DNA of 64,000 bases from a virus. The stretch's first letter is position 1, and every line of letters starts with the position of its first letter. The position numbers and the translations under genes are program-made. This document shows positions 28,964 through 38,639 of the stretch, in pieces. Location of the stretch: positions 1 through 64,000 of IMG/VR virus record IMGVR_UViG_3300034095_001503, one strand, 5' to 3'. The notes under the pieces are model-generated. The model did no database searches. It was given only the letters and a program-made list of their open reading frames with translations, and was not told the DNA's origin.

Positions 28964-29009
28964 GTTTTATTATAAATATTCCACAATTTGAATATATTTA
29001 TAATAAAAC
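28964..29009. promoter_or_regulatory. Divergent late promoters forming a 16-bp inverted repeat
   Basis: GTTTTATTATAAATAT-N14-ATATTTATAATAAAAC between divergent genes. Confidence 0.75.
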
Positions 29010-29016
29010 TTAATTT

Positions 29017-29511
29017 ATGGCAACATTTAAAAAGAAAAAATTACAAGAGTTGGTTGGTGGCGATATGACATCTAGTGGTGGTGATAGAAATGTGACTAAC
29101 AATAGTGAAATTGAAACTGGTCCAGTTCAAAAAGATTTTAAAGATAAATCATCTTATGAAAAAGGTGTTTCGACAACAACTGATAAAGTGTTTGGTCATT
29201 ATAGACAAAATATTCCATGGTTTGCTGTTTATAGTTTTGGTGGTTCTAGAACTGGTGGTATACCTATTAGTTATGGTCTTAATGAAGATAATAAAAATAT
29301 AATTATCACTAAAAAAACTGTTGAAGAAAAAATTGAAGATTTAGTTAAAAAAAGTAAATCATCAGAAATAAATAAAAAAGATTACAACCCTAAAGTTGAA
29401 AAAGTATTGGATGAGATTTCTGATTTGGATTTATCTGAAAAACAAATTGAAGAATTACTAAAAGCACTTGAAGATAAAAAGAATAACCCTTCTAAAACAA
29501 AAAACATATAA
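29017..29511 (+). CDS. Hypothetical, putative head-internal protein
   Basis: Late promoter; Lys/Glu-rich; LQE, LNE and VEE motifs. Confidence 0.5.
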   Translation: MATFKKKKLQELVGGDMTSSGGDRNVTNNSEIETGPVQKDFKDKSSYEKGVSTTTDKVFGHYRQNIPWFAVYSFGGSRTGGIPISYGLNEDNKNIIITKKTVEEKIEDLVKKSKSSEINKKDYNPKVEKVLDEISDLDLSEKQIEELLKALEDKKNNPSKTKNI

Positions 29512-29921
29512 TGAAAACTAGTTTAGATAATACAAATTTTAATCACGACAAACAAGAATTGGATGGTGAAGCGTTGAAAATGCGTCAATCTAGATTAAAA
29601 GCTGAATTAAAAGCTGGTACTATTACACCAGATGGTGAAAAAGATTTAGAAGAGATAACAAAAAAACTAGAACACGCTAGAAATATAATCAACAATGGTA
29701 AAGAAATTACTAAAGATGTAGATTATAGAAATACATTTAGAAAAGAACAAAAAGTTATGAATGTAAATTCAGCATCAGTTTCTAAAAAAAGTGATAAATC
29801 TGGTGATGTTAGTAATATATTATCAAATAAACAAGCAATGAAAGAAGAAATTTCTTCTATTAGATATTTAATAGAGTACATGAATAACAATAATAACAAT
29901 AACAAAAAACAAAACTTATAA
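29511..29921 (+). CDS. Hypothetical, putative head-internal protein
   Basis: C-terminal MKEEISSIRYLIEY motif; highly charged. Confidence 0.5.
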   Translation: MKTSLDNTNFNHDKQELDGEALKMRQSRLKAELKAGTITPDGEKDLEEITKKLEHARNIINNGKEITKDVDYRNTFRKEQKVMNVNSASVSKKSDKSGDVSNILSNKQAMKEEISSIRYLIEYMNNNNNNNKKQNL

Positions 29922-29924
29922 ATT

Positions 29925-30425
29925 ATGCCAGCTCCAGTTCCTTACAACGGTGGTCAATCTAGATTAGAATACTACGCATTAAACGGTAACGTAACAGTTA
30001 ATGGTGGTCTAGGAAGACCAGTATTAATCAACCAAACAACATTATACTACGGTCATTCATTCAAGAATCCATTATTAAGTTCACCTAATGATATCTATGG
30101 TTTAGTTCACACTAACGCAATTAACGATATACCAACACCTTTTAGAGGTAAAGGTACCAATGATGGTATCAATGTTACCAATACTTATATGGGTATGATG
30201 GCAAGAAATAACTACAAAGGTGGTGATGATTTCGATATAAACGGTGGTAACGCTGGTATGCAAGCTGGTGTCAGTATTGCTGGTCAAGCAATTGGTCGTA
30301 AATCATCACTAATTCTTAATTTCTCTACTTGGGGATACCAACCAGACCAAAGTGGTGCTGGGGCAGATACAGACTGGTACCACCTACCTAACATGTCTCT
30401 TAATGTTGGACAAGTAATTATTTAA
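29925..30425 (+). CDS. Hypothetical Gly/Asn-rich protein, possibly virion
   Basis: ORF in a late operon. Confidence 0.5.
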   Translation: MPAPVPYNGGQSRLEYYALNGNVTVNGGLGRPVLINQTTLYYGHSFKNPLLSSPNDIYGLVHTNAINDIPTPFRGKGTNDGINVTNTYMGMMARNNYKGGDDFDINGGNAGMQAGVSIAGQAIGRKSSLILNFSTWGYQPDQSGAGADTDWYHLPNMSLNVGQVII

Positions 30426-30441
30426 TTATTTAATTTTTTAC

Positions 30442-31209
30442 ATGAAACTTTACAATTTATATCAAGATATTATATTAGAAGAAATAACTAAAGCTAAGTT
30501 GTTGGCTGAAGCAATGTCAACAACTGATGTGGATACTATTTTAGATGGTGACCCAAAGAGACAAGGTGTGTATTTTAAAGTTAATATTAAATATAAAGAT
30601 GAAGATGGTGAAGTTGCTAATAGATTTATAGAAGTCTATCAAAGAAATATTTCAACTGCAAATAACCCTTTGATTGATGCTTATCAGTTATCTAAAAATA
30701 ACAAAAACAGTGGTATTAAATTAAAATTAGATAAACAAAATAGATTAGTACCAGCAGTAGATAAAAATGGACAACAAGTAATTGAAGATTATGAAGGGTG
30801 GAGAAAATTTAGATTAGATAGAATTCTATCGTTTAAAGTTAGTAAAGTTGCTTACTTTAAACCTAGACCTGGATTTAATGATAAAGGTAATAATTCATCA
30901 ACAGTAAGTTCAACACAAAAAATTGCTGGTGATACAACTAGTTACCAATATAAAGATACAACTCTTAAACAAAGAAAACAAACACAACAACAAGCACAAA
31001 CTGCTAAAGTTGATTTGAAAAATAAAAGTTATGGTGATATTGAAAAACAAAGAAAAGATAAATTGAGAGGTGATTTAGAACAACAATTACAAAATCAGTT
31101 GAAACCACAACCAGAAGCTCAACCGCAACCAACAGTTGAACCAAAACAAAATATTCAAGAACCAGAAATTGGTGATGAATTAGATAATAAAGATGAATTA
31201 AATAAATAA
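30442..31209 (+). CDS. WYL-like domain protein with putative N-terminal propeptide
   Basis: IKYKDEDGEVANRFIEVY...LIDAYQ...WRKFRLDRILS matches the WYL pattern; starts MKLYNLYQDIILEE. Confidence 0.6.
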   Translation: MKLYNLYQDIILEEITKAKLLAEAMSTTDVDTILDGDPKRQGVYFKVNIKYKDEDGEVANRFIEVYQRNISTANNPLIDAYQLSKNNKNSGIKLKLDKQNRLVPAVDKNGQQVIEDYEGWRKFRLDRILSFKVSKVAYFKPRPGFNDKGNNSSTVSSTQKIAGDTTSYQYKDTTLKQRKQTQQQAQTAKVDLKNKSYGDIEKQRKDKLRGDLEQQLQNQLKPQPEAQPQPTVEPKQNIQEPEIGDELDNKDELNK

Positions 31210-31212
31210 AAT

Positions 31213-31791
31213 ATGGATTCACCAGCACCAGTAAATTTAGCTGCTTTAAAAGGTATCTTAGCCAAAGCTAAAACCGTTATGAATAAAATAGAGGAAGCTA
31301 ATCCTAAAGGTAGACAAAAAGTAAGAGAAAGTTATGATGATGGATACTCCAATCAACCAATTTATGATGAATCGGATGAAAGAGAACCAGTTTATGAAAA
31401 CTTTACGCCTAGTACACCTTCACAAATGCAACCTCAAATGTATACTCCAGAACAAGTTATGGCATCAAAATTGCCAGCAAATGTAAAAGAAGCTATGCTT
31501 AAAACACCAATACCACAATTGCAAGGACCACCCTCTAAATTTAGTTTAGAAGATTTAAGTGATTTAATAGAAAAACCTAAAAATAATTACAAACCATCTG
31601 GTGTTCCATTACATGAAAGTTCTGGTAATTACCAACCACAGTCGATTGACCCTAATATGTTAAAGGCAATGGTAAAAGAAGCTGTCAATGAATACTTCAA
31701 AGAATCTTATGAAAAAAGGATAACTGAAGAAGCAATCAAAAAGACAATAAATGTTTTGATAAAAGAAGGTAAAATAAATACAAAAAAATAA
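31213..31791 (+). CDS. Hypothetical Pro/Gln-rich protein
   Basis: ORF in a late operon; VRES, LHES, VNEY and ITEE motifs. Confidence 0.55.
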   Translation: MDSPAPVNLAALKGILAKAKTVMNKIEEANPKGRQKVRESYDDGYSNQPIYDESDEREPVYENFTPSTPSQMQPQMYTPEQVMASKLPANVKEAMLKTPIPQLQGPPSKFSLEDLSDLIEKPKNNYKPSGVPLHESSGNYQPQSIDPNMLKAMVKEAVNEYFKESYEKRITEEAIKKTINVLIKEGKINTKK

Positions 31792-31798
31792 AATATTC

Positions 31799-31827
31799 AA
31801 AAAGGGCTTTTTTAAGGCCCTTTTTTA
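31799..31827 (+). terminator. Intrinsic terminator
   Basis: AAAAAGGGCTT-TTTT-AAGGCCCTTTTTT (imperfect stem followed by a T run). Confidence 0.7.
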
Positions 31828-31857
31828 TTTACATATATTTTTTAAAGATTATATTTG
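31828..31857 (+). promoter_or_regulatory. Bacteroidota-type promoter starting the glycan locus
   Basis: TTTACA(31828)...TATATTTG(31850-57). Confidence 0.55.
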
Positions 31858-31889
31858 TTTTATTAATAAAAAGTTTTTAAATAAAATTT

Positions 31890-33161
31890 ATGAAAAAATT
31901 AAAAGTACTAGTAGTACCTAGCGATAGAACTGGAGTTTCTTATTTCCGCTCAACTAACCCACATATTGCGTTAGAAAGTAATTACCCAAATGAATTCCAT
32001 GTTGATGTGGATTATGAACCTCAAATCGATAACGATGAATGGTTAAAACAATATGATATAATTCATTATCACAGAACTTTGGGACATTATGACCAAATGC
32101 CAGCTTTGTTGGAAAGAACAAAACGTTTAGGTATTGTAACTATCATGGATTTAGACGATTATTGGTCACCTGGACCACATCACCCAGCTTATTACCTTAT
32201 TAAATCAGCAAATATTGATAAAATGATTTTAGACAATATTAAAGTTGCTGAGAATGTAATAACAACAACAACATTGTTTGCTGATGAAATTAAAAAATAC
32301 AATAAAAATGTATTTGTTTTAGCTAACGCTATTAACCCAACTGAAAAACAATTCACACCTAAATTAGAACCATCAAATGGTCGTGTTAGAATTGGGTGGT
32401 TAGGTGGTTCATCTCACTTAAAAGATTTAGAAATACTTAAAGGTATTGTCGGTAAACTTAAAGTTGATGGATTATTAGATAAAGTACAATTTGTGTTGTG
32501 TGGTTTTGATACTAGAGGAACGCATACTGAAATCGACCAAACTACTGGACAACAAAATACTAGACAAATTAGACCAATTGAAAGTGTTTGGTATGAATAC
32601 GAAAAAATCTTTACTGATGATTATAAAACTGTTAGTCAAGGATATAAAGAATTTTTGATGAAATTTATTCCAAATTCAGAATTTGAAAATGTTGCAAACG
32701 AACCTTATAGACGTGTTTGGACTAAACCAATTTCGACATATGCCTCTAACTATAATTTATTTGATATTTCATTGGCACCAATTGAAGATAATATCTTCAA
32801 CAAAGTGAAAAGTCAATTAAAAGTTATTGAAGCTGGTTTCCACCATAAAGCAATTATTGCTCAAGATTTTGGACCTTACAAAATAGATATAAAAAATGCT
32901 ATACAATATGGCGGTGGTTTTGATTTAGAAGCTAACGGTATTTTGATAGACCCAAAGAAAAACCATAAAGATTGGTATTCTGCAATTAAAAAATTAATTC
33001 AAAATCCAGAAGTGGTTGCTGCATTGCAAGAAAATTTATACAACACTGTAAAAGATACTTACTCAATGGATAAAGTAACTGAAGAAAGAAGAGAATTGTA
33101 TTTAGGTTTGTATGAAAAAAACAAAATAACTAAAAATAAAAAAGAAACTGAAAACGCATAA
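31890..33161 (+). CDS. Glycosyltransferase (GT-B, GT4-like)
   Basis: GVSYFRSTNPH, MDLDDYW, IGWLGGSSHLKDL, DISLAPIEDNIFNKVKSQLKVIEAG. Confidence 0.85.
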   Translation: MKKLKVLVVPSDRTGVSYFRSTNPHIALESNYPNEFHVDVDYEPQIDNDEWLKQYDIIHYHRTLGHYDQMPALLERTKRLGIVTIMDLDDYWSPGPHHPAYYLIKSANIDKMILDNIKVAENVITTTTLFADEIKKYNKNVFVLANAINPTEKQFTPKLEPSNGRVRIGWLGGSSHLKDLEILKGIVGKLKVDGLLDKVQFVLCGFDTRGTHTEIDQTTGQQNTRQIRPIESVWYEYEKIFTDDYKTVSQGYKEFLMKFIPNSEFENVANEPYRRVWTKPISTYASNYNLFDISLAPIEDNIFNKVKSQLKVIEAGFHHKAIIAQDFGPYKIDIKNAIQYGGGFDLEANGILIDPKKNHKDWYSAIKKLIQNPEVVAALQENLYNTVKDTYSMDKVTEERRELYLGLYEKNKITKNKKETENA

Positions 33162-33163
33162 TT

Positions 33164-33661
33164 ATGGCTAGAAAAGATGATTTAAAACTTTTATTTAACT
33201 TCATGATTGAGTTATTAAAAGACGAACAAGAAACAAATACTGTTAAAGAACAGACAATTAAGTATGAGGTACCTAATATTACACCAAAAGAGTTTAACGA
33301 AATCACCAAACAAGTTTTAACTGAAAACCAAAATGATTCAGCTAAACATATTTTGGAAGTGATGAAGCGTGCTGAACTTATGGATAAAATGAGAAGTACT
33401 GTAATCGCTAGACCTAAAGTTGTTCCACCATCATTAAGAGATGATGATGAAATAGCTCAAAATGATAGAGAGGCAATCAATACCCACAAAGCAGAAAAGA
33501 AAAATAAAAACATTAAAAATATTTTATCTGATGCTAAAGGGTTTATGGATGAACTAGAATTTAAAAAACCATTGGTTCCAAGTGTATCACTTCATGAATT
33601 AGCTGAAAAGGAATTAGCTAAAAGTATTATGAGGTCTGAAGAAGAAAAAATTGAAAAATAA
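33164..33661 (+). CDS. Hypothetical protein
   Basis: ORF only; charged and helical. Confidence 0.6.
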   Translation: MARKDDLKLLFNFMIELLKDEQETNTVKEQTIKYEVPNITPKEFNEITKQVLTENQNDSAKHILEVMKRAELMDKMRSTVIARPKVVPPSLRDDDEIAQNDREAINTHKAEKKNKNIKNILSDAKGFMDELEFKKPLVPSVSLHELAEKELAKSIMRSEEEKIEK

Positions 33662-33671
33662 AATATAAAGG

Positions 33672-33702
33672 TTGATTTATTGGTTTTTTGTTAGTATATT
33701 TG
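33672..33702 (+). promoter_or_regulatory. Bacteroidota-type promoter
   Basis: TTG(33672-74)-N20-TATATTTG(33695-702). Confidence 0.7.
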
Positions 33703-33732
33703 TTTAAATAATATTAATAAAAAACCAATAAA

Positions 33733-34296
33733 ATGCCTTTAGAACAAGAAAAAATCGTTGCAAATGCTAAAAAGTATTTCGACACAGCTACAAAGATTGG
33801 CTTTATGAATGAAGACCTAATGAAATTCTTAGGTGAATCTTTTATAAAAGCTCCAGCATCAACAATGACAGACTTACATAACGCTTTTGAAGGTGGACTT
33901 ATTGACCATTTATTAAGAGTTGGTTCATACGCTGTTAAATTCAACAACGCATTACCAGAAGAAGAAAGAGTTGACCAAAATTCTTTACTTAAAGTTTGTT
34001 TACTACACCAAATTGGTAAAGCAAATCTTTACAAGCCATGTGAATCAGAATGGCACAGAAAAAATCAAGGGAAAATGTATGAATTCAATGATTCTATTTC
34101 ATCTATGAGAGTAGGTGAGAGAAGTCTTCATTATGCTATGTCAAATGGTGTCTCTTTTACTGAAGAAGAATTCAGTGCTATTTTGAATTTTGAAAAAAAT
34201 GATGATAAAATGGCTGAGTATCATAACTCAACTGTTGGTGATTTATTAAAAACAGCTGCATTATTTGCTGTTAAAAATGAAAAAATAAAAAAATAA
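33733..34296 (+). CDS. HD-superfamily-like protein (HD replaced by HQ)
   Basis: APAS...HNAFEGGLIDHLLRV...LLHQIGKA. Confidence 0.65.
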   Translation: MPLEQEKIVANAKKYFDTATKIGFMNEDLMKFLGESFIKAPASTMTDLHNAFEGGLIDHLLRVGSYAVKFNNALPEEERVDQNSLLKVCLLHQIGKANLYKPCESEWHRKNQGKMYEFNDSISSMRVGERSLHYAMSNGVSFTEEEFSAILNFEKNDDKMAEYHNSTVGDLLKTAALFAVKNEKIKK

Positions 34297-34297
34297 T

Positions 34298-34882
34298 ATG
34301 GATTTATTGGAAAAAATGCGAGAGAAAGTTTTTCTACTTGCTGACCCAGATAGCGGTTACACCCAAAAAGATTTTGACGCTGAGTTTAACCCATCAACAT
34401 TGGGTATGGAACCTAATTTTGATGAATATAAAATCAATTTCAAATTTAAAAATGAATCTAACAACCCAGACCCAGAATATGCAACTGGTGGTTCTTCTGG
34501 ATTTGATTTAAGAGCTAATTTAACAGAGGTTATAAAATTATCACCACAAGGTGGTTTTGCCATTATACCAACTGGGTTATATTTTGAGATTCCAGAGAAT
34601 TTTGAAATACAAGTTAGAAGTAGAAGTGGGTTGGCTGCAAAAAACCAAGTAGCAGTTTTAAACTCACCTGGTACCGTGGATGCTGATTATCGTGGTGAAG
34701 TTAAAGTTATTTTAATCAACCATGGTTTAAATGAGTTCACAATTAACCATGGTGATAGAATTGCACAAGCGGTAGTTGCTGCTGTAACTGCTAAAAACTT
34801 TATTAAACTAACTAAAGTAAATAATATTAACGAAGACACTGAACGTGGTTCTGGTGGTTTCGGTTCAACTGGAATAAAATGA
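34298..34882 (+). CDS. dut: Trimeric dUTPase
   Basis: SGFDL, RSRSGLA, GTVDADYRGE, RIAQ, RGSGGFGSTG motifs. Confidence 0.95.
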   Translation: MDLLEKMREKVFLLADPDSGYTQKDFDAEFNPSTLGMEPNFDEYKINFKFKNESNNPDPEYATGGSSGFDLRANLTEVIKLSPQGGFAIIPTGLYFEIPENFEIQVRSRSGLAAKNQVAVLNSPGTVDADYRGEVKVILINHGLNEFTINHGDRIAQAVVAAVTAKNFIKLTKVNNINEDTERGSGGFGSTGIK

Positions 34883-35139
34883 TTAGAACTGAATTTATAG
34901 AAATATTAAAAGAACATGCTGAAACAGCTGGTGTATTTGGTAACAGATTTGTTTGTCGTTCCGATGACAAAAATTATTGGACTTATCATATACCAGCAGT
35001 GGATACACCAGAACCTTCAATAGAATTATTTACTGAAGGTTTTGTTCTATATTCACCAAATATAGGTTTTGGATTGAATGCTATTGAAAAAATAAGTTAT
35101 GAAGATTTCATAACAAAATATAATTTAACTAGAAAATGA
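34879..35139 (+). CDS. Hypothetical protein
   Basis: ORF coupled to both neighbours by overlapping start/stop. Confidence 0.55.
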   Translation: MIRTEFIEILKEHAETAGVFGNRFVCRSDDKNYWTYHIPAVDTPEPSIELFTEGFVLYSPNIGFGLNAIEKISYEDFITKYNLTRK

Positions 35140-36323
35140 TAACAGTTGTATATTGTACAAGAGAATCAAACCCAGAACACACAGAACATTTAATCAAGAC
35201 TTCTGGTTTACATAAACACTTAGAAGTTATTGAAATAATCAATAACGGTGAATCGTTAACAAAAGCTTACAATCGTGGGTTAAAAATGGCTACAAATAAA
35301 ATTGTAGTTTTTTGTCACGATGATTTAACTATTGAAACTAAACAATGGGGTACCAAACTTATCAAATTATTTGAAAGAAATAAAGAATATGGTATTATCG
35401 GTATTGCTGGTACAAAGTTTATGGCGGAAAATGGTCAATGGTGGACTAACCCTAGAAAAATGTACGGTAGAGTTCAACATACACACGAAGGTAAAACTTG
35501 GTTATCATCATATTCAGATGATTTAGGTCAATCACTAGAAGAAACTGTTATTGTTGATGGTTTATTTTTTGCTGTGAATAAAGATGTTGTTAAAAAAGAA
35601 TTTAACGAGGATTTTGAAGGTTTCCATTTCTATGATGTTAGTTATTGTTTTGACAACTTTTTAGAAGGTGTTAAGGTTGGTGTGACAACTGTAGTTAGAG
35701 TTAACCACCAATCTATTGGTATGGTAAACGAACAATGGGAAGAAAATAGAAAACAATTTGCTGAAACTTATAAAGATAAGTTACCAATCAACATTAAAAA
35801 AACACTAAGGAAAGGTGAAAAATTAAAAATTATGGTTACTTCATTATCTTTTGATGATGCAAACCCTAAAAGTAAATTAATTTTAGAATTTGCTACTAAG
35901 CTAAAAAATGAAAAACATGATGTAACTATCTGTTCCAACATCAATGGTAAAATACCTTCTTTAGCTAAAAAAATAGGAATTAGTTTAGCACCAATACAAC
36001 AACCACCAGGTTTTGCTTTAGGTGATGGTAAATGGGTTTTAAACACAAATGAGGGTCCAGTTCCATCAACACCTAATACATTGTATAAAGTTAAAGATTA
36101 TAAGTTTGATATTATCCATACTTTTGATGATGAACTTATTAGTCATTTAGAAAAATTGTATGGTGGTTCAAATATCATCAACACAAACTTTCCAAATGGT
36201 TTATTTATTAATACTGAAAAAAATCCTTTGGTTAAAACAACGATAAGTTTAACAAATGATTTAACTGAATTTGTTAAATTAGATATCGATAACGTTATAC
36301 AAGAATATATTGACGTAATATAA
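35136..36323 (+). CDS. Glycosyltransferase GT-A (GT2-like) with C-terminal extra domain
   Basis: SLTKAYNRG, FCHDD, VDGLFFA, FHFYD, VNHQS. Confidence 0.85.
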   Translation: MITVVYCTRESNPEHTEHLIKTSGLHKHLEVIEIINNGESLTKAYNRGLKMATNKIVVFCHDDLTIETKQWGTKLIKLFERNKEYGIIGIAGTKFMAENGQWWTNPRKMYGRVQHTHEGKTWLSSYSDDLGQSLEETVIVDGLFFAVNKDVVKKEFNEDFEGFHFYDVSYCFDNFLEGVKVGVTTVVRVNHQSIGMVNEQWEENRKQFAETYKDKLPINIKKTLRKGEKLKIMVTSLSFDDANPKSKLILEFATKLKNEKHDVTICSNINGKIPSLAKKIGISLAPIQQPPGFALGDGKWVLNTNEGPVPSTPNTLYKVKDYKFDIIHTFDDELISHLEKLYGGSNIINTNFPNGLFINTEKNPLVKTTISLTNDLTEFVKLDIDNVIQEYIDVI

Positions 36324-37108
36324 TGATTAAAATAGTTTCTGGATATTCTGAAAAAGGTGGTTCAACATCTGCATTTATTGATTTAACGAATGAGTTAAAT
36401 CGAAATGGTATTGATACAACTTTTTATGGACCACATGCATGGCATTTAGATAAATGTAAATCTGGTATTTTAGATAGCAGTTTTGTTGTTGACCCTACTG
36501 ATACATTAATTTGTCATTTCCTACAATTACCAAGCAGACCAAATGCTAAAAAAGTTATTTTAAGCTGCCATGAAAAGTGGTGGTTTAAAGTAGGTGAGAT
36601 AAAAGAATATTGGGATACTGCTATCTTCTTACATAATGAACATAGAGAGTATCATAATGCTTATGAAGGTGATTTTACTATCATACCAAATTTGAAACCA
36701 GATTTAAAACCAATCGACAAAGAAAATTTAGATTTGGTTGCTGGTATTATTGGAAGTATTGAAGATAGAAAACAAACCCACACCTCAATACAAAGAGCTT
36801 TGGCTGATGGTTGTGAAAAAATAAAGATATTCGGTCATATTGGTGAAGAAGGTTATTATGAAAAATATGTAAAACACTTACTTAACGATAATATTGAAAT
36901 TGTTGGTTTCAGCACCAATAAACAAGAAATGTATGATTCTATTGGACGAGTATATCATTCATCAAAAGGTGAAGTTGCTTGTTTGGTTAAAGACGAATGT
37001 TGGTTAACCAACACTAAATTCTTTGGAAATGAAGAAACTGAAAATGAAGTATCTAAATTATCAAATATTGAGATTATAGATGCATGGAAAAAAATATTAG
37101 GGATATGA
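36323..37108 (+). CDS. Glycosyltransferase (GT-B-like)
   Basis: GGSTSAF, IIPN, IIGSIEDRK, YHSSKGEVACLVKDEC. Confidence 0.7.
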   Translation: MIKIVSGYSEKGGSTSAFIDLTNELNRNGIDTTFYGPHAWHLDKCKSGILDSSFVVDPTDTLICHFLQLPSRPNAKKVILSCHEKWWFKVGEIKEYWDTAIFLHNEHREYHNAYEGDFTIIPNLKPDLKPIDKENLDLVAGIIGSIEDRKQTHTSIQRALADGCEKIKIFGHIGEEGYYEKYVKHLLNDNIEIVGFSTNKQEMYDSIGRVYHSSKGEVACLVKDECWLTNTKFFGNEETENEVSKLSNIEIIDAWKKILGI

Positions 37109-37821
37109 TAATACACGCACACATACTAGCATTCAATGAAGAAAAAATTCTTCCATTTACGTTAGATTATTATTCTAATTTATGCGAAAAAATATTTATA
37201 TATGATAACATGTCAACTGATGGTTCAGATGAAATTTATACAAGATATCCAAAAGTTACTGTTATTAAATGGGATAGTAACAATGAAATAAATGAAATGA
37301 ATTATGTCAACATAAAATCAAATGGTTATAAACAATATAGTAGAGATGCTGATTGGGTTATCGTTTGTGATTGTGATGAAATTTTGTATCATTCAAAATT
37401 GTTAGATAAATTAACTTATTACAAAGAAAACGGTATAACTGTACCTAAAGTAAATGGTCATGATATGGTGAGTGAAACGTTTCCAGAATATGATGGTGGT
37501 TTGATTACTACCAAAGTTAAAACTGGTTCTGAAGTTTACGCACCTTTTTGTAAAAACATAATATTCAATCCTAAACTAAATGTTGAATTTGGTATTGGTG
37601 GACATTCTTTCAAATGTGACAACGCTACTTTTTCTGTTAGCCCAGAATTAAAATTGTTACATTACAAATTTTTAGGTGTTGAATATGTTGAAACCATTTA
37701 TAAAGCTAGAATGGAACGATTAAGTGAATTTAACAAAGAACATAAATTTGGTGAGCATTATTTTAATGTTCCTTATGATTATATGGAAAAATTATTAAGT
37801 GAAAATATACAAATAGTATGA
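37105..37821 (+). CDS. Glycosyltransferase family 2-like
   Basis: AFNEEKIL, YDNMSTDGS, WVIVCDCDE, LLHYK. Confidence 0.85.
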   Translation: MIIHAHILAFNEEKILPFTLDYYSNLCEKIFIYDNMSTDGSDEIYTRYPKVTVIKWDSNNEINEMNYVNIKSNGYKQYSRDADWVIVCDCDEILYHSKLLDKLTYYKENGITVPKVNGHDMVSETFPEYDGGLITTKVKTGSEVYAPFCKNIIFNPKLNVEFGIGGHSFKCDNATFSVSPELKLLHYKFLGVEYVETIYKARMERLSEFNKEHKFGEHYFNVPYDYMEKLLSENIQIV

Positions 37822-38639
37822 GAAAAATATTAATATCAGATTTTACTATAAAAGAAGCACCACATGGTGGTTCAGAATGGGTTAACCAAGTTTTGATTGA
37901 TAAATTTAATTTAGAATTTAAATACTCACAACAAGTTACTTCTTTTGAACCAGATGTTTTATATATCATTTCAAATGTATCTTTAATGAGACCAGATTTG
38001 GTTAGTCAAATTTCTAGTCTTAATTACATCATAATTGAGAATGATTATAAAATATGTCATTCTAGACACCCATGGCGTTGGCCAGAATCAATCATCCCAT
38101 TGAATGAACGAATCAACTATGATATGTATGCTAACGCTAAAGCAGTTTTTGTTCAAACCAACGACCACCAAAGAGTTTATAAGATAAATGATGTCAAAGC
38201 TAATTTTATCAACTTACACTCATCTATATGGGCTGAAAGTGATTTAGAGTTATTAGAGAATACTCTTAAACAAACTACAGAGAAAAATGGTAAACACGCT
38301 ATTTACGCTACTGATAACTGGATTAAAAATTCTCAAGGTTCTGTAAAATATTGTGAAGATAATAATTTAGAATTTGATTTGATTTATAACCAAGAAAGAA
38401 GAGAAGATTTTATAAGTAAATTGGCTCAATGTTCTAATTTGGTGTTTTTTCCTTTGGCTAGAGAAACTTTTTGTAGATTAGTTGTTGAAGCTAAATGTTT
38501 AGGTTTAGATGTAACCACAACTAAAAATTACGGTGCTTCTTTGGAAGGATATTTTGAAATGTCTGGTCAAGAACTGATTGATTTTTTAAGAATGCAAACA
38601 GAAGATAATTTAAATAAAATAAACAAATACCTTAATTAA
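37818..38639 (+). CDS. Glycosyltransferase (GT-B-like)
   Basis: HGGSE, VFFPLARETFCRLVVEAKCLG. Confidence 0.75.
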   Translation: MRKILISDFTIKEAPHGGSEWVNQVLIDKFNLEFKYSQQVTSFEPDVLYIISNVSLMRPDLVSQISSLNYIIIENDYKICHSRHPWRWPESIIPLNERINYDMYANAKAVFVQTNDHQRVYKINDVKANFINLHSSIWAESDLELLENTLKQTTEKNGKHAIYATDNWIKNSQGSVKYCEDNNLEFDLIYNQERREDFISKLAQCSNLVFFPLARETFCRLVVEAKCLGLDVTTTKNYGASLEGYFEMSGQELIDFLRMQTEDNLNKINKYLN

